From the NCBI GenBank assembly GCA_043805995.1, contig JAZDHJ010000058.1, positions 1 to 44,083 on the forward strand: a DNA stretch of 44,083 nt, written 5' to 3'. This document shows, piece after piece, positions 32,779 to 41,394 of the stretch. This DNA comes from Candidatus Uhrbacteria bacterium. GTDB lineage: Bacteria; Patescibacteriota; Patescibacteriia; UBA9934; GWF2-40-263. How positions within the stretch are numbered: the first letter of the stretch is position 1; the number at the start of each line of letters is the position of its first letter. The notes under the pieces are model-generated. The model ran no database searches. It was not told the origin of the DNA and worked only from the letters and a program-made list of their open reading frames with translations. Both the position numbers and the translations under genes were made by a program.

Positions 32779-32832
32779 AAAAAAGACCTTCCGCTAAGTG
32801 TGGTAATATAAACCACGGCCGAAAGCCTTTTT
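32779..32832 (+). other. Conserved two-hairpin 3' module plus T-run, copy A
   Basis: ccgctaa..gtggt-aatataa-accac..ggc-cgaaa-gcc-ttttt. Homologous to 38344-38397, with one compensatory stem change. Confidence 0.6.
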
Positions 32833-32914
32833 CAAAAAAATAATACCATAATTAGGCATTGTGTCAAGGGATCAAAAACGAACAAAGTGGATAAAATAAT
32901 AAACTAGAAATTCT

Positions 32915-33538
32915 GTGAAAATTTATCTTATAAGGCATGGCGAAAGTGTTTCCGACGTAAAAGAAAAATACGATGGAGATTATGATGACCGCTTAACTGA
33001 TAAAGGCTTAGACGAAGCCAAAATAATCGCCGAAAAACTTTTGGACAATAATATTCAGGTTATTTTTTCCAGTTCAAAAGTTCGCGCTTTAGAAACATCG
33101 GAAGTTTTAAAAAAGATTTTGAAAGGTGAAGTAATTATCTCTAAAGATTTAAATGAGCGAGATATTTATGGAGCTTTTCAAAATTTGAGTAAAGATTATC
33201 CGGAAGAAGAATATCGCCGGCTTGGTGAAATGGTATCTGATCAAGAAGTCGGGGTAGAAGGTGTCGAAACTTTTTCTCATTTTAAAAACAGAATTACAGA
33301 AGGTTTTTTGAAGATAACCGATAATGATTATCAAACCATAGCCATAATTACCCACGGCGGCCCCATTCGTTGTATACTTCGAGATGTCTTAAAACTCGGA
33401 GAAATAAAGAAAATTGACAATGGAGCTATAATTGAGTTGGAAAAAAATAATTCTAAGTTTAAAATAATAAAAACCGAAGGTGTTGATTTTTCCCGCCTGT
33501 CATCCCGAGCCAAAGAGGGATCTCGCCTCGTGACTTAA
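32915..33538 (+). CDS. Histidine phosphatase family protein
   Basis: 207 aa, GTG start. IYLIRHGES catalytic motif, ITHGGPI. The last ~14 codons lie in a REP-like palindrome. Confidence 0.85.
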   Translation: MKIYLIRHGESVSDVKEKYDGDYDDRLTDKGLDEAKIIAEKLLDNNIQVIFSSSKVRALETSEVLKKILKGEVIISKDLNERDIYGAFQNLSKDYPEEEYRRLGEMVSDQEVGVEGVETFSHFKNRITEGFLKITDNDYQTIAIITHGGPIRCILRDVLKLGEIKKIDNGAIIELEKNNSKFKIIKTEGVDFSRLSSRAKEGSRLVT

Positions 33539-33600
33539 AAATGTTTTTTTAAAATTTAAAGTCACGAGGCGAGATTCTTCACGAGGGTTCAGAATGACAG
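33497..33600. repeat. REP/MITE-like imperfect palindrome (ctgtcatcccgagc family)
   Basis: Arms 33497-33534 and 33561-33600, with a near-perfect core at 33519-33576. Related half-sites near 26938, 2188 and 19588. Confidence 0.8.
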
Positions 33601-33708
33601 AAAAAATAAAATATAATTTTTTATCTATTCTAAACTAAACTTACAACCTGCATTCTCACCCATTCCAAATTCGTTGATTCGTGTCAAAATTCGTGATTCG
33701 TAACCCTT

Positions 33709-34422
33709 ATGAAAACTATCTCCGTCATCATCCCAACTTATCAGCACGCTAAAACTATTTCGCAGTGTCTTGATAGCGTTCTAAAACAAACTCGCAAACC
33801 GGACGAGATTATTGTGGTTAATGATGGTTCGACGGATAACACTTTGGAGATACTCAAGCCTTACGCTGATAGAATAACTTTGGTTAACAAAAAAAATGAT
33901 GACGGAAATCCGAATCCGACTCGTAATCTCGGTTTCGAGAAATCAAACGGCGATCTGGTAATTTTCTGCGATGCTGATGTGATTATGCAACCCGAGATGT
34001 TGGAAAAACTTTATAAAATTCTCGAAGAACATCCAGAAGCCAGTTATGCCTACAGCGGTTTCAAATTCGGCTGGAAGGCGTTTTCCAGTTTTCCGTTCGA
34101 TGTCGGCCGCATCAAACGTCTCAATTTCGTTCACACCTCGGCCCTCATTCGTCGCGAACATTTTCCCGGTTTTGATCCGGGTATTAAACGTTTTCAAGAT
34201 TGGGATCTTTGGTTAACCATGATGCAAGAGGGCCACATTGGAATTTTTGTCGACGAGGAACTTTTTCATGTTCTTGACGCCCGTGGCCGAATAAATATTT
34301 CCAAATGGCGACCAAAGATTTTTTATCGGATTCCCTGGAAATATCTTGGTTGGAAACCAGCTTCAGTTCGGAAGTACGATGAGGCGAAGGAGATTATTTT
34401 TAAGAAGCATGGGTTGGAGTAG
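33709..34422 (+). CDS. Glycosyltransferase family 2
   Basis: 237 aa. ISVIIPTYQH, NDGSTD, FCDADV. Confidence 0.85.
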   Translation: MKTISVIIPTYQHAKTISQCLDSVLKQTRKPDEIIVVNDGSTDNTLEILKPYADRITLVNKKNDDGNPNPTRNLGFEKSNGDLVIFCDADVIMQPEMLEKLYKILEEHPEASYAYSGFKFGWKAFSSFPFDVGRIKRLNFVHTSALIRREHFPGFDPGIKRFQDWDLWLTMMQEGHIGIFVDEELFHVLDARGRINISKWRPKIFYRIPWKYLGWKPASVRKYDEAKEIIFKKHGLE

Positions 34423-34507
34423 GAGTGGTTAAAGGGGGGTTGGTTTTTGGGCGTTGACGGGCGTTATAGGGCGTTAGGGGCAAGGAGATTATTTTTTAAT
34501 TTTATTT

Positions 34508-36061
34508 ATGATAAAAGAACAATGGTTAGGAAAAACATTTTTTGTCACACTTGGTGCGTTGGCCGCCTGTTTTTTGTTGGCCATCGGAATTTTTCATAAT
34601 GTGGGCGAACCGTTCGCTCTGGCGGTTATTGGACTTGGTGTTTTAGCTTTGACTATCTGGCGCTTCGAGTTTGGTTTGTTTGCGGCTTTTGCTGGGCTCT
34701 TTGCTAACTCGCATGGGCATTTAATTGAAACTTCGGTTTTTGGTTTTCCACTTTCGTTACGGATGACGGTTTTTTTGGCCGTGATGCTTGGTTGGCTGAT
34801 TTTAGTTATCGCCAGAAAAATAAAGTTGCCATTAAAAGATTCTCGTTGGTGGCCATTTTTACCATTGTTTGTCGCCGTGGCCATCGGTCTCATTATCGGT
34901 CTCAAAGAAAACGGTGTCATGGCAGCTTTTGATGATGGTAATGCTTATTTTTATCTGGCTTATTTATTTCCGATTCTCTCTGTCGAATGGACTGCGCTCA
35001 GACGTCGAGATTTGCTTCAGGTTTTTGCGGCCAGTGCGACTTGGGTGATTATTTTAAGTCTCGGACTTCTTTACGAGTTCACACATTTTCCTGGTTGGCT
35101 GTTGAGTCAAACTTATACTTTTATTCGCGACACCAGAACCGGCGAACTGACAAAAATGACGGCCGGAATTTTTCGAGTTTTTCTTCAGGCGCAATTTTCA
35201 GTCGTAGTCTTGGCTTTCCTGTTGGCTCCGTTCATGTGGTTAAAAGAAATAAATAATAAAACCAGGCTTTGGCTCGGACTCGGCTTGATTCCAGTTGCTT
35301 CAACAATTATCATCAGTCTCTCGCGAAGTTTTTGGGTTGGTATGCTGGCGGGGATAGCTGTCTTGATTCTACTGATATTTATTTTGATCAAACCAAAATT
35401 AAAAAAAGCCGGCTCAGCCATCGGACTATCCGCCGCCTCCGGAATCGTCGGAATAATTTTTATCGTTCTAATCATCCTTTTTCCTCTACCTTACAAAACC
35501 GGCTCATTCAGCGAGTTTTCGTTACTGCTCTCGTCGCGCACAACCGATCTTGGCGATGCAGCTATTTCTAGTCGCTGGAATCTCTTACCGGAACTTTGGA
35601 AAGAGATTGTAGTCAGTCCAATCATCGGTTCTGGTTTCGGCGAAGAGGTAGCTTTTAAAACCGATGATCCTCGAGTTCTGGCCATTTATCCTGATGGTCT
35701 GTGGCGAACTTCGGCTTTGGAGTGGGGTTGGTTGGAGTTGTGGCTAAAGATGGGTATCTTGGGACCGCTCGCCTTCCTGTGGCTGTTTGGCGTCTTGCTG
35801 AAGGGTCTGATAACCGACCGAGAACGCCAAACTTGGTTAACTATCGGTTTGACCTCAGCTTTAGTCATGCTCTTTGTCACCCATATTTTTTCGCCATATT
35901 TGAACCATCCAATTGGTCTGGGTTTCATTTTATTCATCTTGCCCTTTCTCGATTCAAAGAAAAAAATAATCCCTGCACTCTCATCTGAAAAATCTTTTTT
36001 AGAAAAAACTAGACAGCTACCCCAAAGTTTAGTCGCGCCGGTAACCAAACAAAATAACTAA
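34508..36061 (+). CDS. O-antigen ligase/polymerase-like membrane protein
   Basis: 517 aa, more than 10 TM helices. SLSRSFWVGMLAG segment typical of the Wzy_C/O-antigen ligase family. Confidence 0.7.
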   Translation: MIKEQWLGKTFFVTLGALAACFLLAIGIFHNVGEPFALAVIGLGVLALTIWRFEFGLFAAFAGLFANSHGHLIETSVFGFPLSLRMTVFLAVMLGWLILVIARKIKLPLKDSRWWPFLPLFVAVAIGLIIGLKENGVMAAFDDGNAYFYLAYLFPILSVEWTALRRRDLLQVFAASATWVIILSLGLLYEFTHFPGWLLSQTYTFIRDTRTGELTKMTAGIFRVFLQAQFSVVVLAFLLAPFMWLKEINNKTRLWLGLGLIPVASTIIISLSRSFWVGMLAGIAVLILLIFILIKPKLKKAGSAIGLSAASGIVGIIFIVLIILFPLPYKTGSFSEFSLLLSSRTTDLGDAAISSRWNLLPELWKEIVVSPIIGSGFGEEVAFKTDDPRVLAIYPDGLWRTSALEWGWLELWLKMGILGPLAFLWLFGVLLKGLITDRERQTWLTIGLTSALVMLFVTHIFSPYLNHPIGLGFILFILPFLDSKKKIIPALSSEKSFLEKTRQLPQSLVAPVTKQNN

Positions 36062-36066
36062 AAAAA

Positions 36067-36096
36067 ATACGCAGGAAAAAACCCTGCGTATTTTTT
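36067..36096 (+). terminator. Intrinsic terminator
   Basis: atacgcagg-aaaaaac-cctgcgtat followed by ttttt. Confidence 0.85.
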
Positions 36097-36399
36097 AATT
36101 TTTTTATAAAAAGGATTTGGACATTGCCGGGGGCTTTGCCCCCAAGACCCCTAGCCACTTTTCTTTGCTAGGCTCAAAGAAAACTAGCGAAAAGAAAGAG
36201 CCTTTATCAATGGACCCTTTGTCTGTCGCTGCGGTGTACGTATTTCTCTTTGTTCGCAGCTTAGGCAAATCGACTTTGCTTTATTCTTCTTGGAGAAGAA
36301 TAAAGCAAAATAGTCTACATTCCTACATTCATAACATTCTGGCTCAAGCGCAAGCCAAAGGGTTAATTGGGGTGGAAGTGGACGGGTGGTTTATTTTTT

Positions 36400-37050
36400 T
36401 TATCTAATCTCCAAATCGCTCTGGCCAAAGTTTTTCATTAAGTCTTTGGCAATCGAACCTTGAAGCATGATTTTTCCGTAAACGATCACCGCACTCACCG
36501 AGCCGCCCAAATAAAAAGTGTAAGCCAACCAGTCTTGCCAACCGCTGTCGCCAAGATGAATTTTTAGATAATAGTAAAAAATGTAAATGAAGGGCAGGGT
36601 AAAAAAAATAAATTCGATTAAAGCGACAAAAATAAATTCGTATTTTTTATTTAAAATCGCCATCAAAGAAACATAAAACAAAACCAACAAAAAACCGATC
36701 ATGATCGTCGAGGTGTAAAGAAAGGCGGCATCCAAAATGTACTCTGACCAAAGAAAATCTTTGGCCATGATAAATTTTAGTAAAAGGAACAACCATGGCG
36801 AAAATAACATGACCAACATTTTCCCGTTACTTTTTGGTAAAAAATGGAAAAACAAAACCTGCATGAACAGGATAAAAAGTATGGAAAGAAAAAAAGAATT
36901 GACACCAATGACATTTTTATCACCCAACCAGCCGAGAATATGAAAATAGATAATTATCGGATAAATGACGCACTGTAAACAAAAGATAATCCGTAAGACG
37001 GTATTGAGTGTCGAGGTTTTAATTTTTTTAATTGAGTTTTCCATAACCAC
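36400..37050 (-). CDS. Polytopic membrane protein, hypothetical
   Basis: 216 aa, about 6 hydrophobic helices. Overlaps the fmt 3' end by 23 nt. Confidence 0.6.
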   Translation of the reverse strand: MVMENSIKKIKTSTLNTVLRIIFCLQCVIYPIIIYFHILGWLGDKNVIGVNSFFLSILFILFMQVLFFHFLPKSNGKMLVMLFSPWLFLLLKFIMAKDFLWSEYILDAAFLYTSTIMIGFLLVLFYVSLMAILNKKYEFIFVALIEFIFFTLPFIYIFYYYLKIHLGDSGWQDWLAYTFYLGGSVSAVIVYGKIMLQGSIAKDLMKNFGQSDLEIR

Positions 37051-37891
37051 GCATAAAAGCCTCGTAAGGCATAACAGCTCCGCCTTCTGGTTGAACTTCT
37101 AGAACTTCAAGCGAGCCATTATTTAACTTCGCCTCTAAAATCTTAACTCGAATATTTTTTCCATTATGAGCAAACTCCGTCCAAGTACCCGGCCAAGGAA
37201 AATAAGCTCGAATTTTCTGTTCGATCCTTTCCGCCGGTTCCGACCAATCGATTTTACCTGAATCTCGAGACAGCATTTTACAAACGACGGCCTGAGAATC
37301 GTCCTGCGGGCGGGGTTCGATTTCTCCAGCCACGTATTTTTTAATAGTTTCGATCAGCAAGGCTGGTCCAAGTTGTTTTATTTTTTCAGTTAGCGAAACT
37401 TGAGTCTCATCCGTCGCCAAAATAATTTTCTCTTGAGTCAGAAGCGGTCCAGTATCCATGCCTTTGTCGAGAAGCATGATTGAGACGCCAGTCTCCTTAT
37501 CACCATTCGCAATCGCCGATTGAATCGGTGTTGGTCCACGATATTTTGGTAAAAGGGAAGGGTGGACGTTTACAAAACCGAGTCGGGGAAGATTTAGAAC
37601 GGTTTGAGGAATTATAATGCCATAAGCAACCACGATGGCGATATCGGCGGAAGTGATGGAGTCGTGGAGTGGTGGAGTGATGGAGTCTTTTTTTAAATTT
37701 TCGGGCTGGAAAACAGTTATCCCCTTGGCCAAAGCCAGTTCTTTTACCGGCGATGGAGTCAAAATTTGTTTACGGCCGACTGGGCGGTCGGGTTGGGTGA
37801 TGACGGCTTGAACTTCAAAATCAGGCTCGTTGGTTAGAGCTTCGAGGAAGGGAACGGCGAGATCTGGGGTGCCTAGAAAAATAATTTTCAT
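37028..37891 (-). CDS. fmt: Methionyl-tRNA formyltransferase
   Basis: 287 aa. MKIIFLGTPD, NVHPSLLPKYRGPTPIQ, C-terminal Fmt domain. GG-word repeat inserted in frame at 37650-37687. Confidence 0.93.
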   Translation of the reverse strand: MKIIFLGTPDLAVPFLEALTNEPDFEVQAVITQPDRPVGRKQILTPSPVKELALAKGITVFQPENLKKDSITPPLHDSITSADIAIVVAYGIIIPQTVLNLPRLGFVNVHPSLLPKYRGPTPIQSAIANGDKETGVSIMLLDKGMDTGPLLTQEKIILATDETQVSLTEKIKQLGPALLIETIKKYVAGEIEPRPQDDSQAVVCKMLSRDSGKIDWSEPAERIEQKIRAYFPWPGTWTEFAHNGKNIRVKILEAKLNNGSLEVLEVQPEGGAVMPYEAFMRGYGKLN

Positions 37892-37926
37892 AAGTTGATT
37901 TTGATGATATCATTTAAAATGTTTTT

Positions 37927-38340
37927 ATGAAAGTTTACAAAACAAAAGCAAAAAAATTTTCCGGCTCCGATTATCATGAAATAAAGGAAAAAACAAAGAG
38001 TTTTTATAAACAAATTATTAAAAAAACTAAACGGCGACCATATGTCAAATCCGCTTATTTTAAAAAACAGAAAATTTTTCTTGAACTTTTTTGGAATCAT
38101 TTGTTTGAAAAGAACTTTTGGGATCAATCAAGAAGAATGAAATTTTTTGCTTGCGGTATAGAATTGATACAAAAAGCTCACCTAGACCCAATCTCAAAAG
38201 AAAACCCTAACAAAAAAGGAGAAATTTTACACCGATTTGCTGGTGTCAGCGCAGAAAGTGAACAATTCTTTGTGCAGATAAAAGAGGAAAAAAGAACCGG
38301 TCAAAAATGGCTAGTTTCGATTTTTCCTAAGGATAAATAA
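37927..38340 (+). CDS. Basic hypothetical protein
   Basis: 137 aa, Lys-rich N-half. No recognised domain. Confidence 0.5.
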   Translation: MKVYKTKAKKFSGSDYHEIKEKTKSFYKQIIKKTKRRPYVKSAYFKKQKIFLELFWNHLFEKNFWDQSRRMKFFACGIELIQKAHLDPISKENPNKKGEILHRFAGVSAESEQFFVQIKEEKRTGQKWLVSIFPKDK

Positions 38341-38343
38341 AAG

Positions 38344-38397
38344 AAAAAGGACCTCCGCTAATTGTAGTGTATGAACTACGGGCCGAGAGCCTTTTTC
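38344..38397 (+). other. Conserved two-hairpin 3' module plus T-run, copy B
   Basis: ccgctaa..gtagt-gtatga-actac..ggc-cgaga-gcc-ttttt. Confidence 0.6.
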
Positions 38398-38441
38398 TAT
38401 ATTTAGAATAAATCCTTCAGGACAAATTGTCAAGGTGTCTT

Positions 38442-39254
38442 TTACAACGGGCTCTTAATGTTTTTTAAAGCCGGATTGGTTAAGTGGGTGTAAATTTGCG
38501 TAGTGCGAATATTTTGGTGGCCGAGCAATTCTTGGACATATCTTACATCAACGCCGTTTTCTAATAAATGGGTAGCAAAACTGTGACGTAGAGAATGAAA
38601 GGTTGCGTCTTTTTTTATACCAGTGATTTTTAGAGCTCGTTCAAAAATAATTTGTGCCGTTCTTTCGGTCAATCGACCGCCTCGTTCACTGGCAAACAGG
38701 AAATCATTTGCCTCCTTACCGGCCATAAATTGAAGAATTTTATTTTTCAATTTTTCCGGCATAACAGTAATTCGGTCTTTGGCACCTTTTGATTGTCGAA
38801 TATTGAGTTGGAGATTCGGTAAATCAAGGTCTTTAATCCGGAGTTTTACGGTCTCGGAAACTCTTAAACCGGCACCATAAGACAAAGAAATCATCAGTTG
38901 GTGTTTTTCATTACCAATCGAATTGATTATTTGCTCAATTTCCTCACGCGACAAAACCACCGGCAGACGGTTAGGTTTTTTGGAGAACTTCAGGTTTAGT
39001 TTGAAAGGCACTCTGACAATATTTTCGTAAAAAAATTTGATAGCGTTCAGGTGAACATTCATAGTTTGTCCGGATAAACCGCGATCTTTTAGACCAATCA
39101 AGTATTCCTTAACCTTAAATTCATCGAATTTATCAAAATTAGTCTTGAGAAAACCAAAAAAATCTTTTAGACAACCCAAATAACTATCCAAAGTATTCGA
39201 ACTGTAGTTTCGATACCGCAATTCGGTCTTAACTTTATCTAAAAAATCTTGCAT
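38442..39254 (-). CDS. Tyrosine site-specific recombinase (Xer-sized, IntI-like blocks)
   Basis: 270 aa from ATG 39254. LSYGAGLRVSE (Arg), KGAKDR, HSLRHSFATHLL, LLGHQNIRTTQIYTH (catalytic Tyr), C-terminal KSPL. No IntI-specific insertion. Confidence 0.9.
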   Translation of the reverse strand: MQDFLDKVKTELRYRNYSSNTLDSYLGCLKDFFGFLKTNFDKFDEFKVKEYLIGLKDRGLSGQTMNVHLNAIKFFYENIVRVPFKLNLKFSKKPNRLPVVLSREEIEQIINSIGNEKHQLMISLSYGAGLRVSETVKLRIKDLDLPNLQLNIRQSKGAKDRITVMPEKLKNKILQFMAGKEANDFLFASERGGRLTERTAQIIFERALKITGIKKDATFHSLRHSFATHLLENGVDVRYVQELLGHQNIRTTQIYTHLTNPALKNIKSPL

Positions 39255-39315
39255 AAGGAGCAAAAAGTGATACAATTATTCTTAGTTAGAAGTATAACAC
39301 ACTTCGCATTTCATT

Positions 39316-39365
39316 CCCAAACTCGTTTCTATTAAGAAATTAATTCGGATAGAAACGAGTTAGGC
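39316..39365 (+). repeat. attI/attC-like perfect palindrome ending in GTTAGGC
   Basis: AACTCGTTTCTAT (39320-32), 16-nt loop, ATAGAAACGAGTT (39349-61). GTTAGGC at 39359-65. Confidence 0.6.
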
Positions 39366-39403
39366 GAAATTTTGTCCAATAATTATTTTTTGATTTTTTA
39401 GAT

Positions 39404-40084
39404 ATGACCAAATTTGAAAAATATATTGAAGTTCTAGCTTCCCACGAGGATACAAAAAGTGAATCTTTCCTTGATTCAAGAGGAAGAATTTTGGTTAATG
39501 CTGGGATACGACTAAATTGGATTGGTGATTTTATTTCTAATCCTCAAATTAAATACAAATTAAAAAGTGTTCCAATAAATAAAGTTTTGTTTACTGGCAC
39601 CAATCCAAGCTGGAATAAAATTCTTATCGATCAGTGCGAAAAAAGCGTAGAAAAATTTCAGGCATTAACCAAAAATAATTTGGAAATCAAGAAAAGATTT
39701 TTAAAAGAGGCCTCGTTCGGGGATGAGCCTATTTTAATGCGCGGTCCGGACGAAAATGGTCTTTATCGAGTCTTTGATGGTATGCACAGATTTGTTGGTG
39801 CGGTTTTAAAAAATAAAAAAACCATTTCAGCGTATGTGCCTATAAACGAAGATAGCCATCTGCCAATTTGCGAAGCCCATGTTATCTATGACCTCATTCG
39901 TGGTTTTCAGCGACACGCTAAAGACCAACAAGGAAAACGTGAGTTATATTACGCATTAAAATTGTTAGCTAGAACATATGAAAACGTTGTTGACTTGCTA
40001 AATATTCGTTTCAGTTTTAAATACGTTCCTGACAAAGATGTACAAAAAATAATAGAAAAAGTAATCAAAAAAATCAAAAAATAA
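39404..40084 (+). CDS. Cassette ORF 1: ParB/Srx-fold nuclease-like protein (weak)
   Basis: 226 aa. YRVFDGMHRFVGAVL resembles the ParB-like DGxHR motif. Confidence 0.45.
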   Translation: MTKFEKYIEVLASHEDTKSESFLDSRGRILVNAGIRLNWIGDFISNPQIKYKLKSVPINKVLFTGTNPSWNKILIDQCEKSVEKFQALTKNNLEIKKRFLKEASFGDEPILMRGPDENGLYRVFDGMHRFVGAVLKNKKTISAYVPINEDSHLPICEAHVIYDLIRGFQRHAKDQQGKRELYYALKLLARTYENVVDLLNIRFSFKYVPDKDVQKIIEKVIKKIKK

Positions 40085-40115
40085 TTATTGGGCAAAACTC
40101 AGGGGCTAAAGCCTC

Positions 40116-40187
40116 GCCTAACACGCGATATCCGTAAAGGCTAAAGCCACATTTCTACGAAACGTCAGATATCGCGATACGTTGTAC
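40116..40187 (+). repeat. attC-like site 1 (72 bp)
   Basis: GCCTAAC-acgcgatatc-loop-gatatcgcg(a)t(ac)-GTTGTAC, with bulged bases in the 3' arm. Confidence 0.6.
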
Positions 40188-40257
40188 GAAATAATGAAAA
40201 GTTTTTAAATTTCTTTCAGAAATTTATATTCGCAATTTTATTTTTTTAATTCTATCT

Positions 40258-41076
40258 ATGAACAAAAGATCTGAAACACAAAATTTTCAACCAGAAACCC
40301 CAGAGAATAAACCACTATCCCATATTAGTGAATTTCTGGAAGCGACTAATCAAGGTTTTGAAAGTAAGCCAACCGGACATGTTCATAAAAACGATGAAGG
40401 GTATGGTAATATTCTTCGAAAAATTAGTGATGGTGATGTTGAGAGCGAAAAAACAAGGGTAGGAATTGTTGTGGGAAATGGCGCAATTCTTTCTTCGCTT
40501 CCAGAAATTCCAGCCGATGTAATTATAATGAGCGACTATAATCCATTTATTCACCAATGGACTCAGTTTACGCAAAGGGCACTAGCTGAATCTGGCTCAA
40601 TTGATGAATATAAGAAAAAAGTATACGATCAGCAAAATCCACTTTATTCAGAAAGCTATAGAGAAGGATTAGAAAGAGAAATGGCAGATTTGGGAGAAAG
40701 ACATTTTCTAAGTAGCGAGGATAGATTTCAAAAATGCAAAGAAACTCTCGCACGAAAGAAATTAATAATGGGCGCTCTTGATTTAAGAAATGCTGATGTT
40801 TTAAGAAGTCTCACAGAAGCATTAACTAAAGATAACTCAGAAATCACTTTTGCAAACTTAACAAATGTTTGGGAACATGCTGGCGATTCAATGGAACAAG
40901 CAATCCCAAATCTGCCATTTCATCCAGAAGCTCGTATACTTTTTTCTTCTCGCGCATACACAGAGCGATTTTTCCCTAAAATGATGGGGGTATGTAGAGG
41001 ATTAGCTAAGTATATTGAGAATGCTAAGTCGGCATACTCTTTCTGGATCTATAAAAACAAAAGTGGTTATAGATAA
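40258..41076 (+). CDS. Cassette ORF 2: hypothetical protein
   Basis: 272 aa. VGIVVGNGAILSSL..ADVIIMSDYN segment. No family assigned. Confidence 0.55.
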   Translation: MNKRSETQNFQPETPENKPLSHISEFLEATNQGFESKPTGHVHKNDEGYGNILRKISDGDVESEKTRVGIVVGNGAILSSLPEIPADVIIMSDYNPFIHQWTQFTQRALAESGSIDEYKKKVYDQQNPLYSESYREGLEREMADLGERHFLSSEDRFQKCKETLARKKLIMGALDLRNADVLRSLTEALTKDNSEITFANLTNVWEHAGDSMEQAIPNLPFHPEARILFSSRAYTERFFPKMMGVCRGLAKYIENAKSAYSFWIYKNKSGYR

Positions 41077-41133
41077 AAAAATAAAATTGCGAATATATTT
41101 TGCTATCGCAAAATTAAAACTTTTCATTACATC

Positions 41134-41207
41134 GTACAACACGGCATATCTGGTTCCGCTTCGCTACACCCAAATGCTTCGCGCTTCAGATATCCGGAAA
41201 CGTAGGC
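41134..41207 (+). repeat. attC-like site 2
   Basis: GTACAAC-acggcatatctgg-loop-cagatatccggaaac-GTAGGC. The 3' core lacks one T relative to GTTAGGC. Confidence 0.5.
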
Positions 41208-41281
41208 AAAAGACGTGGCGCTTTTGCCTAATCGCCGCGTCTATCGTCGCTGTTCTACTCAGGCCGCGCACCACGTCCTTC

Positions 41282-41356
41282 GCATAACAGATGTGAGGCT
41301 CCACTTCGTTCTATCCATGTTGTTATCGCAACATCTCATATCTGGATACGATTAAG
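41282..41356 (+). repeat. attC-like site 2b (degenerate)
   Basis: GCATAAC-agatgtgag-loop-ctcatatctggatac-GATTAAG. Confidence 0.4.
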
Positions 41357-41394
41357 TGAAAATAATTTTTGGCCCCTTGAGACGTTTTACCCAT

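Noticed and set aside
36117-36407. 96-aa plus-strand ORF
   Set aside because: It has no start context, crosses several strong hairpins, and ends in a G-rich repeat word. The region is reported as possibly non-coding instead.
41015-41287. 90-aa ORF spanning the end of cassette ORF 2 and two attC-like sites
   Set aside because: It overlaps the better-supported ORF and reads through palindromic repeats. Likely spurious.
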